Program-made: the position numbers and the translations under genes
The notes under the pieces: generated by a model
Told to the model about the DNA's origin: nothing
Database searches by the model: none
What the model saw: the letters and a program-made list of their open reading frames with translations, nothing else
Shown here: positions 37,437 to 49,150 of the stretch, in pieces
How positions within the stretch are numbered: position 1 is the first letter of the stretch
How the letters are laid out: every line of letters starts with the position of its first letter
NCBI GenBank assembly: GCA_965202585.1
Contig: OZ241830.1
Location: 39,122,001-39,186,000 of the forward strand
Direction: 5' to 3'
Source of the DNA: Thalia democratica
Taxonomy: Eukaryota
Length of the DNA: 64,000 bases

Positions 37437-40194
37437 GATGGTTTATTAAATTGACAAAAACTCATTTGTTTTAAAACGATGTGACATAAAAGTATTTAAT
37501 TTCTAGTTAAAATTTAATTCTAACTAAACAACACATCTATTTAGCAGCATTTTTTAAGTGTATGATAATATATAATTAAATAAGATCTTTAATTTAATTT
37601 TTATTATAAATTAATAGCAGTTTACGACAATATCCTTTGTGAATTAGTTAACACGAAATTAACAAGACGTTGCAGTCTTATTAACACATAAGTTAGTTTG
37701 TTTAAATCAAGATTAGTCGATTTTATTTTTTAAGCATGTTAAAATATTAAAAATTATTTACCAACTGTTGATTAATAGTTTTAATTTACATAATTTACTT
37801 ATAATTATCTTGCAAGAAATTAAATAGTAAGCTTTGATAATTTTAGAAATCTCTATTTTTTATCACAGTAAATTTTAGATAAAGGATTTTTTTATGTAGT
37901 CTGTCACTCATTTTTAGATATTAAACTTTTTTATAAGTTTATGTTTACTTCGATTATAAATAAATAAATCAAACTAATTTAAAACAAATAGATTTAGTAC
38001 TTCCTATTCTAATAAAATCATCAATCAAAATATTGGATTAAGCTATGATTATATTAATTTAAGAACAAAGTTTAAAGTAATAATATACATTTTTTATAGA
38101 AACTAAAATCTTACATATTCTTATTACTATTAAAAAAGTATTAAAAGCTAATTTTATGTAGAAAAATTATACCTTCAACTTTAATTAAAAATTTATTGCT
38201 TTTTTTATAATTCTTTTCTTACAACTAGCTAAAAGTTTTGAAATTATATAACATCGTTTTTAAAACTCTTTTACAAATTAAAAACTTTTTTAATGGCAAG
38301 TTAGACAGCCAGAAAATCAATTTAAATTAGGCTTATGCGTTTTTGTATGTAAATAATCATCTTTTACAGCTTTAATCAAATTTTAAAATCTTAACTTATA
38401 AACATTTACTTTGTGTTTGATTAATATACAACAAATTACCAAATACTTGAAAACTAATGCAATAGTTGTTAACTTTTTCTAGTAATATAGTCATTACCAT
38501 TAGTAACATAACAAAAGTATTTTGTCTTCTTCTGCTTTTTGTTGTAACTCACCACAATGGGTTAGTAGTGTGTTAAACCTCTTTCTTGATTTTATGCACT
38601 TAATTATTTTTAATTGTTTCAAACAAAATATAGTTTCAAGGTTTGAGGTTTTTAAGATAAATTTTTTGTCTTTTTACTTACTGTACTCGTTAACAAAATA
38701 AAGTTCAATTTTTAAATAACAAATTAAACTGTATTCAATACTTTATTATATACATGAAAAAGTTATCCGAACTTAAGAAAAAAGTTTCAAACACTTAAAA
38801 GAAACAAAATTGGCATACAAAATTATATCACAAAGATACTTTAAACATGTCAAAAATTTAATGAATCAAAAGAAAAATTATATTAGTATTAGAAAAAATA
38901 CTCATTTATTTTACACTTATAACTATAATTAGTTTTACACATATATATTTAATGTTTAAATAAGTATTAAACCTAACTTAAATTTTCTACTTATTTTTAA
39001 CAAGTTTAAGCAAAGATAAATACAAACTTCTGTAATTAAACACATTATTAAGCCAACAACATTTATAGATACAACTAAAGTACTATTTTAAAAGGTCTAT
39101 GTGTATTTTTGTTAAAAAAATACAATGACTTTCCTTTTTTATATAATTGCTTTTAATTCGTGGAAAAACTATAAGACCTAATAAAGTTTAATAGATAGGA
39201 AGCTTATATCTCTTTTAATTGTAGAGCTTTTAATTGTAGATCACATTTTTTTAAAAGTATTTGACTACATAAAAGTTCTCGAAATTAAAACCTCAAGTTT
39301 TACGGCTATTTGTAAAAGAAATAACTATAAAACAAAATTGTTGGGGAAAATGAATAATTTTTTATTAGTTTTTTAAAACTTATTTAAAAGAAAAAACATA
39401 AGTAAAACATTTTATTTTTAAACTTTAAGTCTCTTCTAGAGAAAATTTCAACTCGTAAATGCTAAACATTTTTAATAAAAACACACTTGTTGCTAATTTT
39501 TTCAGTTATTTAAAACATCTAAAAATTCTGAATGATAATGTGTCGGTAAGCTGAGAACAACGATAATGATAAGTTATCTCAAAGTCAGCAGATTGAGGGT
39601 GCAAATAAAATACCTGAGAATTATTAAAATCTCATTCAATTTTACATTGTTCAATTGAAGTAAAGTAGGTATTTTTTGAGTAATTTTTTACAAGCTAATG
39701 TCAGAAAAAAAATCGAACATCTGGTAATAAAAAAGTACAATGAATAATGACATCTGGTAATGTCTTTAATGATCAAGGTCAGAGGTTAAGTGCTTTTTAT
39801 TCTTTTTAAATCGAAACGTTGTCAGTTTATTTATTGTTAAATACAAATTGTCGTAATTACGATCAATAAATCTTTTTTGGTAAAATAAATTACAAAAAAC
39901 CCAATATAATTAGCAACATAATAAAACATCGACTCTTTATAACTGCCCAACAAGATATGGGAGATAATAATTTTTTTTATTAACAGCAGTTGTTTTAACT
40001 AAAAATAAACAATGATATTAGTATTAGATTTTTAACAACAGACGATATCGTTCTTCCAAAAATCGGTAAGTACATTCGTAATCACAAGCAATATTAGTAA
40101 CAATGTGATTAAATTAAAGCACAATATAAAAGCATATTCTTTTGTTAAAGATGCCAAATGTAATGCGTGCAAGTTTCAGAAACTAATAAAGTGC

Positions 40195-40330
40195 TCGCGT
40201 GAACTACACATGCGAGTATTTTATAATCGAATTAGTTGCGCACTTGTGCAGCTTCTTTAAAGTTTGCAGCGCTGACGACTTGCCGCAGACACACCTGTAC
40301 AATGTTTTGGTAGCAATTTTAATGCATTTT
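40195..40330 (+). repeat. Dispersed repeat family A, copy 3
   Basis: TTATAATCGAATTAGTTGCG..GCTGACGACTTGCCGCAGACACACCTG..TGGTAGCAATTTTAATGC. Confidence 0.75.
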
Positions 40331-40394
40331 ATATTTGTATATGAATCTTATTTTAGCAGTCAATTTTTTTAATAAATACTTTACTACCTTAACG

Positions 40395-40480
40395 TATAAT
40401 GTACACCAGGTTCTAGGACCAAATGTTTGAGCCCTTTTTTATCGTTCAATAAACAATATATACCTTAAAAGGTGAGTTAG
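40395..40480 (-). repeat. Dispersed repeat family C copy
   Basis: GTACACCAGGTTCTAGGACCAAATG is the reverse complement of the 23348-23372 motif. Confidence 0.65.
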
Positions 40481-42142
40481 GTTGTTTAATAAACAAATTT
40501 TCAAAGTAGATATTTTACTAGGCTTAAATTTTTGTAATTACGTATCTATTGTACATTGATTATAGCTAAAATCGATAGCTGAAGATTTATTTATTTTTAG
40601 TTTTATAATATAATAAATCTTTAGTTTTAAATATTTATCAGTAAAATTTTGAGTTAAACTATTAATATAGAAAATATAAATATTTCTTGAAATATAAAAG
40701 AATAATACCAATTTTGTATTTCAAGTTAAACACTTAGTTCATTTGTTTAAAGCTTAAAAACTAGAAGAAATAGTTTATTTACCTAAAGTCAGCTTAAAAT
40801 TTTATAAGAGTGATTGATTTTTAAATAAAACTTTTGCTTTAATTTCCAATTTAAAAAGTTTGTTAATGTTTGCTTTACTTTCTGTAAACTTTACTTCATA
40901 ATTTGAGAAAAACAATATTTTTTACGTTTTAAGAAAGCTTGTAAATGATTAAAAAAGATTACATGGTTAACGTACTGTTTACATATAAAACAATGTTTAC
41001 TTATTTTAAAATTTATGATTAAAAACATCGTTTAAAGAGATGTATCTAGAATCTAGATTCTAGATTTATGCAGTGTAGTTTAATTTATATTAGTAAATAT
41101 AACATAATTTCATACACTAACTGGTTTTAGATAATTTTCTAATCTAATAATAAAATTCATCTATTATTAATATATAAAAGTTAATCAAAATTGATAATTT
41201 TTGAAATTAGTTTATACGCAGAAATTTTTAGTTTTTATGAAAAATATATTGGTGAGTAAAATAAGTAAGAAGTTTCTTAACTTGGCTATTCTTTTATTTT
41301 TTTTCCTTAACTAATTCTCAAAATTTCAATTGTATTGTAAACTTCAACGTGACATACCATAAATCTATGGTTTGATAACTTAATTCATTTATATAATTTT
41401 GAAATGTCAAAAAGGTTTCCACAACTTTGCCGTAAATATACTTAAAAGTTTTATAAGTGGATTATAAAGTCCGCTAATTAAACCTTTGGTTTCATGTTGT
41501 TTTGTGCTTCATAAAATTGTAAACTTCAAAATATTGAATTTTAACCGAAAAATAATTTTTGATACTTTAAAGTATATTAATTTCTTAATAAAGATCGTCG
41601 TGTTTTATATTTGTTATATCGTGTTTTATGTACAACCGATTTCTTAAATTTTACAGCCTCTTTATAATTATGTTCAACTTAGAATTCTGCTATTAAGTTG
41701 AAATGTATTTTCAATGTATATCTTCTATAAACAAAAAATAAACAAAGGTTAAAACAATCATTAAAACTAGTACTACAAAAGCAGCAGTTTTAATAAAATT
41801 TTAAGTTTTATTAATGTTTTTCTGCAGCATTTAGATGACTTTATAGTATACATAGTAAAAGTTAACATACAATTTAAAAAATTGATCTACTCTCTGATTT
41901 TATACTTTATACTTAATGTTGATGTTATTGTATGGCTATTTTTTTTTTAACCAAATTAAAATTATAAACAACTTAGTCTTTTTTTAGGCTTTAGAACCTT
42001 AACAAAAACAACTCACGAATTCACACAAATTCACGAGTTTTGCAAAATATACTTTAGGCTTTGAGTCATCATTTTTTCATAATTAATATGAGTAAATACT
42101 CCTTTGATAAAAAAGCTTTAGTATATATGTTTACTGCTATTT

Positions 42143-42268
42143 ATTGGCAAACAAAATTGCATTTGTGTACAGTTATCATGTAAATTAAGTCGCCCTGAAA
42201 TATGTTTGTATGAGCAAGCAGGTATTAAGATAATCCGGTTATTTATAAAATACCTGCTTGGGTGGGGA
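42143..42268 (+). repeat. Duplicated non-coding block B, copy 2
   Basis: Same ordered motifs as 32663-32780. Confidence 0.75.
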
Positions 42269-42971
42269 TACAATTTCACCATTATTATTACCTTATCTTC
42301 AGGTCAGTAAAATTATATGCAGTCGTTATGATTCGAAATTTAGAAAATGTTGTTTTATTAAAAACTATTGAAATTTTAGTAATATATTTGTACATCGTTA
42401 AACAATAACTTGAAACTAAAATACGAAAATTTTTGTAATTTTTTTATTATATATGAAACATTTTATTCTAATCTATATATTAATGTAACAAAAGTGTCTA
42501 ATTATTACAACACTGATTATTATCAAAAGCAAATTAGATAAAGATCAGAAGATTACTTTGCTTGTTATGAGAACAATTAAATTCAAACCTTAATACTTGA
42601 TCAGTATCAAAATCAAAGAAAGTTTAAAATAAAAGATATATTAATTAGCCGAAAACAATAATAGTCTAACCTTAACTAATTAGTTCCTTACTTTAAAAGT
42701 ACTATAATTAAAACACAAGAACTGTTGAAAATAAAAATTTGACGTTGTAAATTATTTAAAAATTTATTGAAAAGTGTTCAAATACTATGATTGATGGTAA
42801 TAAAAACTAAACAATGAAAAAATAAAGTATTTAATTACCTTGAAAATTAACAAAAAATGTTTTTAAGGCACGAAAACGCGCTCAAAGCAGTAGCAGGCTC
42901 AAAGCAGTGCAAGTCACAATAAAAAACAATTGCCTAAAAAATTTAAAAATATTTGAGTGTCACCGGATTCG

Positions 42972-44282
42972 TCATAAGCCAGTAACTTGGAAGTCAGCAA
43001 CGACCGGGTAGTGGTCTGAAATTCTTCCGATTTCGTCGGCAACAAAGGCTTTGGAAAGTTTCAAATTTTTGTAGAATATGTGGTCGACGTTGGCAAACCT
43101 GTTCAGCAACGTCGAGTGACTGCTCGCCTTTCTGTCTCCATGGAAACCGCATTTCAACCCCGCCGCCCACAACCAGTCCAGTTGAGATTCTTCCGGGTTC
43201 AAGTTGAAGTCGCCCATCACGACCACGGGGTTGCCAAGTGCACCGGAAGACAGGTTGGCGACCCTGGCTATTTCCTGCATGTGTTCTTCGGACAAGTGCG
43301 TCAAGTTTCCGATCGTCCAGTTTTTGTAGACTGCGTGAACGTTTATGACGTGAAGCTGCCTGTCACCGAGACCGATGTCAAAAACTGTCCTCGTGTACCC
43401 GTAATGGGGCGTCTGCACGTCTTTCTCGACCCCTAAAAGTTTTCCTTCGTGACCCAAAACAGGCAGCTGGCTCACAACACCGACACCTAGCGTTGACTTT
43501 ATCGGAAGGATACCGTCTTGTGCCCTGTACCCAGACAATTGCGCTTCGATTGACCCCATTACGTCCTTGCTTCCCCACATAACCGGCAAGGGATCAGACT
43601 CCTGCAGACCCGCGACGTCGGCCCCTAACTTTTCTACCACCTTGGCAACGCAAGCCGTGTTGTCGCGACCCGTGTAGGTGTGCCCCAGCAACAAGTTCCA
43701 CGTCATCATTCTCAGCGTTCCATTATTTGAGTTTTTCTTCATATTACCCGCAGAAATCTTGCACTCGTGGCGGCATGCGAGCGGAGAAAAACCAAACTGT
43801 GACGTCACAACAGCGATGAGTAACACCGCTACAACGACTGCAATCAAAACAAAAGTTTGACCTTTGCCTCGCTCCGCTCCGTCCCTTTCATGTGCCCGCC
43901 GTTCCCCGCTGATCGCGTGCTTACCGTCGCAAAAGGTCACCGTCGCCAACGACAGCCACATGAAGAGGGCCATGAACAGGATGACGAGTTCGATTCGAGC
44001 GAAAAAGAAGCTGGTCACCTGCCCCAAGCTGAAAGAAATGACGGAGATCAGGTAAGCCAGAAAGCACGCCGCCCCTACGAAATGGGATATTGCTTTGGGG
44101 ACTTTCCCGCTACTGGCGCAAACTCTCGTGTAGGCGTCGATGAGCAGAGGCAGGGAGAAGGGAATGGTGGCTGCTACCATGACAACTGCCTCGCGTCTCC
44201 TCGAGTTGAACGCGAGAACGATCGCGATGGTGACGCACAAAATACAAGCAAATGACGTCATTGACCTTTGAACCGCTCGAAC
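42972..44282 (-). CDS. CWH43-like exon 2 (TM helices plus EEP domain)
   Basis: ORF-track 42972-44294; acceptor TTTTCACAG|; EEP motifs present. Confidence 0.9.
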   Translation of the reverse strand, partial: VRAVQRSMTSFACILCVTIAIVLAFNSRRREAVVMVAATIPFSLPLLIDAYTRVCASSGKVPKAISHFVGAACFLAYLISVISFSLGQVTSFFFARIELVILFMALFMWLSLATVTFCDGKHAISGERRAHERDGAERGKGQTFVLIAVVVAVLLIAVVTSQFGFSPLACRHECKISAGNMKKNSNNGTLRMMTWNLLLGHTYTGRDNTACVAKVVEKLGADVAGLQESDPLPVMWGSKDVMGSIEAQLSGYRAQDGILPIKSTLGVGVVSQLPVLGHEGKLLGVEKDVQTPHYGYTRTVFDIGLGDRQLHVINVHAVYKNWTIGNLTHLSEEHMQEIARVANLSSGALGNPVVVMGDFNLNPEESQLDWLWAAGLKCGFHGDRKASSHSTLLNRFANVDHIFYKNLKLSKAFVADEIGRISDHYPVVADFQVTGL

Positions 44283-46777
44283 CTGTGAAAACAAATGTGT
44301 TAAGTAATTTTAGTTAGATTATTGTGACAAACTTGCAATTTTTTTAATCATACATACTTTTACCTTCTCAGCTTAAACGTATTTTTTTTCATAGTCAATC
44401 ATCTTTAGGTATAACAGTTTTTCAATATTAGATATTTAAGAAAATTATTTTTGAGTTTTCTCTTTAAAAAACATTTTACAGAGTTATAAATAATTAAATT
44501 TTTTGACATATACTGTCTTGTGTAGAATCAACAAAGTTGCTTTTTGTTTTTTAATTAAAAAATACATCGTGGGAATTCTTTTACGAAAAACAAAAAGCTA
44601 ACCACAAGCAGTTGTGGATTTCAACGCGAAAAATATTTTATTTTTCCAAATGTTTAAAACCTGACAATCTTAAACTAATCAAAAATAATCTTGTTAAAAT
44701 TTAAAGCAAGAAGTACAAAAGCAATTAGTTACTTGAATTTTGTATGCAAATGAGTTTTTTTAGTACTATTTAATTGATAATGAAGTTTTCAATAATCAAT
44801 CGAAAATATTGCGCTTTTTTAAGTTAAATATGTAAAAAAGTTCAATTTATTTTTGATGCTTAGTGTCTGCTGAAATTAGTTGTATAATTCAGTTAGTGTT
44901 TCATAATTTAGTATTGTAGTTTGTAAGGTTTTTAACAAAGAGATGCTAATCTTAAATACTAAAAACGAGTTTTAAAAAGTATAATCGTTAACAAAAAAAG
45001 AAATGAATATATTTATATATATGTTTATTCTGAAAGTTTTAGGTTATCATCGTTACATTGCAAATAAGTTTGCAGAACGGTTTATTAATTTAAAATTAAA
45101 CAGGTACTTTAAAAAATGTTTAAGTAAGAAGTTTATGCTATATAAATATTTTGATGATATGTTTTGAGACGTTATTTTGTCTTTGTTAAAAAAACAATGT
45201 AATAACTTAATAACTTTTAGAAACAGTTTAATCTTTAAATACGTTTATCAACTACGTATTTTAATACTAAAAAACAAATGTTAGAAAACATAGCACTGAA
45301 TTTAAATATTTTTCATTAATTAAAATTTATAAGCAAATAAAATTTCCTTTGTTATGAAATATTTCTACCAATTACTGAATTTTATGTGTTCGCACGGAAA
45401 CATCAGAAAGCTTTTAAATACTTTGAAACTTTTCTTAATTCACAGGTGTAAATTGTTTCTCATTGGATTAATATGTGCTTTAAAGTGCATTTAAATGCAA
45501 AAAGTTTAAACATGCTTTGAATAGTTAAAATAATGTATTTACATGTATACACTCGATTACCAGTTTAGATTAAATAAGCCCGTTTTTTTTTTGTGAAAAA
45601 TAATTAAATTTTGTGAAATAAAGCTCACTAAATTACAACTAAAAAGTAAGTGACTTATAACCAAGTACAAAAAACTAACGTTTACGAAAGTCTTCGTTTG
45701 GTTCCCGTCGTCGGCTTTCAAGACTTTGAACTTTCTCGGCGCGCAGTGGGAAAACAGAACGAGGAGCGTCATCAGGGTGTGGAAAGCCACCACGAGCGTC
45801 GCGTTGAGGGGGGTTCTTCCGAGTCCCGACCACCTCAGCAGCTGGTTGGGTGACGACGAGAACTGGCAGAAGAACATGAGGTAGGAAGCGATTCCCGGTG
45901 GTAACACGAACAACACGAAGGAGGTGCCAGCGGCTTTGGTGACGTCATAATCGTCAAACCTCGGTTTCTCGTACAAACTCGACGTTTGGTCCTCGCTGTT
46001 GTAGCCGCTGCTCAAAGACAAACTGCTTTCTCTTGACTTGCCTTTTTTGCCGAGAGATTGCTTTTCCTTCAGGTCGACCAAGACGCTTTCTTCCTGGGTT
46101 TCCATGGAAAGTTCGGTTTTGAGGGTTATGCTTCTGACTTTGACCAGCCCTTCTTCTTCCAGCGAGCTGTTGAGTTGCAGCGAGCTCACGATTTCTAACT
46201 TCTCGGAAAACCTGCCGTTCAAAAGCAACTCAGCGACAGATATCGCTACAACTAGAACCAGAAGAAAAGCAGTCAAGTGCCATTCTTCATACAAAACGTT
46301 GACGGAGCGAGACGTCCACCTCACGCAAACTGAAACGTACAAAACGACCGACACTTTAACAGCCGTGTCGTCCTCGAGTATCGAGCTCTTGTAACGAATG
46401 ACCGAGGGGAGCAGGAACGTGGCTGTTCCCAGAACAACCGTCCTGTAGGAAGCCGTTTCATCGAGGCAGGGAAGCGACGAGGCGAGAAGCAGGCAGGGCT
46501 CGACGAGCGCCCAAAAAACCTGAACATTTTTGTGAAATTTCAAGCGGGTGAGGTGCTCGTTGAATGAAAGCGAGGACGGCGCCACCAAGCACGCCACCAG
46601 CGTCACGACCGGAACCAGCCTGAAACCGAGGGCTGACGGCTCGGTGAGGTGCCAGAAGCAGGCCTCGATGAAGGAAACTGCGGCGTTGAACCCGCACAAG
46701 AGTACGATGACGTCACCCAGCGTTGACAAGCTTGATTGCGCTCTTCCGAGCTTCGAATGCTTTTTTACGCATTCCAT
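42972..46777 (-). CDS. PGAP2-interacting protein / CWH43-like multi-TM protein with C-terminal EEP (exonuclease-endonuclease-phosphatase) domain, 2 exons, ~800 aa
   Basis: Exon 46777-45686 (or -45680; both donors are phase 0) joins CACAG|GTT at 44282 and runs to the stop at 42972. The N-terminal TM region resembles human CWH43 as recalled (VRWTSRSVNVLY vs LRIWYTSLNPIW). The C-terminus has TWN, LQESD, NVH, GDFN, VDHIFY and SDH motifs. Orthology is not established, so no symbol is given. Confidence 0.8.
45686..46777 (-). CDS. CWH43-like exon 1 (TM region plus Ser/Glu-rich loop)
   Basis: ORF-track 45557-46777; GC-rich composition ends at TTC|GTAAAC / AAC|GTTAGT donors; upstream TTTCAG acceptor near 46843. 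Confidence 0.8.
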
Positions 46778-48389
46778 TTTCTCAGAAGTTTGGCAAAATG
46801 TGAAGTTTAGAACTTTTTGGAATCTTAACTATTTTAACTTTCTGAAATAACATGCGTTTTATATACAAATGTTAATTTTTAACGTTTAAAAGCAACTTAG
46901 ATACAGCATTTAACTAAAATACAGTTTTTCGTATTGTAAAGTATCTTGTTTAAATGGACATTATTTGAAGTAAAGACTAAACTTGTACTAATAAAAATGT
47001 ACTTTGTTGTTTTCGGTTTTCTGGATCCAAATTAGAAAACTGTTGACTTAATATAACTTAAAGTACTTATTTTGTCATTTCGCATGCGCTTAAGTAAAGT
47101 TTATGTATGAACAAAATCGAATTACCGTTCGTTACAAGTTTAAATTTCAAAGTAAAAAGTGCAATAAAGTTTCTATGCAGTGTTTTGTTATTCATATGAT
47201 GTTGTTTGAAATTGTTATTTACATGCATGATTAATTTGTTTTTATTTTTAATCTTGTTTATTGTCTTTAACTTGTCTAAACACAAAGCTTCTACTTAACA
47301 AAACTGTTTTTGTTTTTGAGCAATATAAAATACGTAATACAATTTAAAATTTAAAGTCTTTGTTTTCGATTAATGTAACTGCTTGTTTTAATTCAATTTA
47401 ATTTAAGACCATAAAGTCTAAACTTTGACAATTAGTTTTCATACTGTATAGAGGTAGAACTAAAAGCTAATTTTGAAAATAAAGCAAAATGCTGTGAACA
47501 ATTTAAACAGTAATTTAAGATTTAGCTTGAAATCCGAACAGACAATTTCATATAATTTATCAGTTTAATTAGACAAACTCAAGGTTACTGCGACGAATTC
47601 ACTGCCGATAGAAGACTGGTTTGAATTGGAAATTACATAAATCATTCTAATAACTCATGTATCAACTTCAATCACTCTTGTTTTGTCAAGGTTTTACGAA
47701 TTTCAGTAAAAAAGCTTTGAGATCAAAGTAACGAAAGTTATAATTAAATTTGTAAATGTATGAGTTGATTTAATTAAAATTTTTATGAAATATTGAAAAC
47801 ATGCCTTAACGGTATGATTTTATGTACTAAAGTTATAAAGGCCAACTTTTGTGTTTTACAGAAGACTTTAATTAAAGCAATTTGTTTTCAAAATACAAAA
47901 GCTTGCTTAAAATTATACAACTGTTTAGTAGCCTGAAGCAACGAAACAAATTTAAACCAATTTTTTAAAGCCATTACACAGCTTTAGATAATGCTTAAGT
48001 CCTTTATAAGTATGTTCTGAAAATTTTGTAGCGGATTATATACAAATTAAAGTTTTTGTATGGTTTACTACTGCTATTTACAATTTGACTCGTAAGTTAA
48101 ACTAAATGCAAACAGTTTTAAACTTTGTTAATAAAGCTGTCATAATTTATATCTAAATGAAAATATTCAGTTAACTAGCTTTTGAATAAACTTTTACATA
48201 CAAACTAGCATACAACTCGTTGGACCTTTTTTTCAAATGAAATCAAACCTTATAATACCTAGTCAAAACTTTTGAAACCGTGAGCACTAAAAGTAAAGCA
48301 AAAGTAGCAGTTATGAAACGTTAGTTTAATCTTGACAAATTTAAACTTTATTAAATGGGCTTCTATTCAAATCATTCTCACTTAAACAT

Positions 48390-49150
48390 GGTATTTTTAA
48401 GCGGCCGCGAAACACCAACAGCTTTTTGTTGTGTGAACTTTCGAAAACTTTTTAAACCCAAGTAGCACGCGCTTTGCAGTAACAACAATTACGCCGGCCA
48501 GGTGCTGTTTACTAAAACAAACAAAAGAAAAAAAAAACCAAAACAATGACCATCCTTCATCAAGCTGAAATTAAAGCCGCGCACTTTTTTCCTCTCATCA
48601 AAATTAAAACAGTAGCGGGCTTTTAAGCGGCGGAAAAACGCAAGTCCCCGTCTTTGCTGCTAATGTTTGTCAAGGATTTCAAAGAATGATAACTTTCGGC
48701 TAATTGCGAGCAGCACAAAAGCAAAAGCACTGCGCTCCTTTTAACGCGGCAGCAGTTGATTTAATTAAGCGTTTCCGTAAAATCTCGTACCGTGACAACG
48801 TATAAAATGATCAAATTATCTCAATGCTCCTTTAAATCGGTCCATTCATTGCCTCTTTCTTGTGAACTCGAGCTACTTGTTATCTATGAGAAACTTTCAT
48901 CAACATTTGATTGGAAACTTGGTGAAATTTTATAACCAAACATTGTTTTAATTTATATTTTCTTAGCAGTGCCGGTGCGGTTGTTTTATTCAGTTGGCGT
49001 TTTGCTCAAAACTTTGCGGCTCAGCTTTTCTCAGTAAAAGCTTAAACTTTTAAAGTTTCGTAATCCGCTTTTTCAAATATTTATTTTAGTTTTTAGAAGT
49101 ATAATCCCGTCTTGCAACCCAAACAAGCACCGGTTGACTCATGAAATTTT
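48390..49150. promoter_or_regulatory. CpG-rich non-coding island upstream of the CWH43-like gene
   Basis: Dense CpG (GCGGCCGCG, GCCGCGC, GCGGCGG) with no ORF, in an otherwise very AT-rich background. Confidence 0.4.

Noticed and set aside
2390-46777. Non-canonical intron system or alternative genetic code
   Set aside because: All 12 modelled coding introns are GT-AG and all three genes translate cleanly with the standard code.
43080-46850. Overlapping ORFs (43080, 43378, 43678, 43857, 43864, 45650, 46038, 46321, 46458, 46548)
   Set aside because: Alternative-frame or antisense by-products of GC-rich coding exons, with no recognisable motifs.
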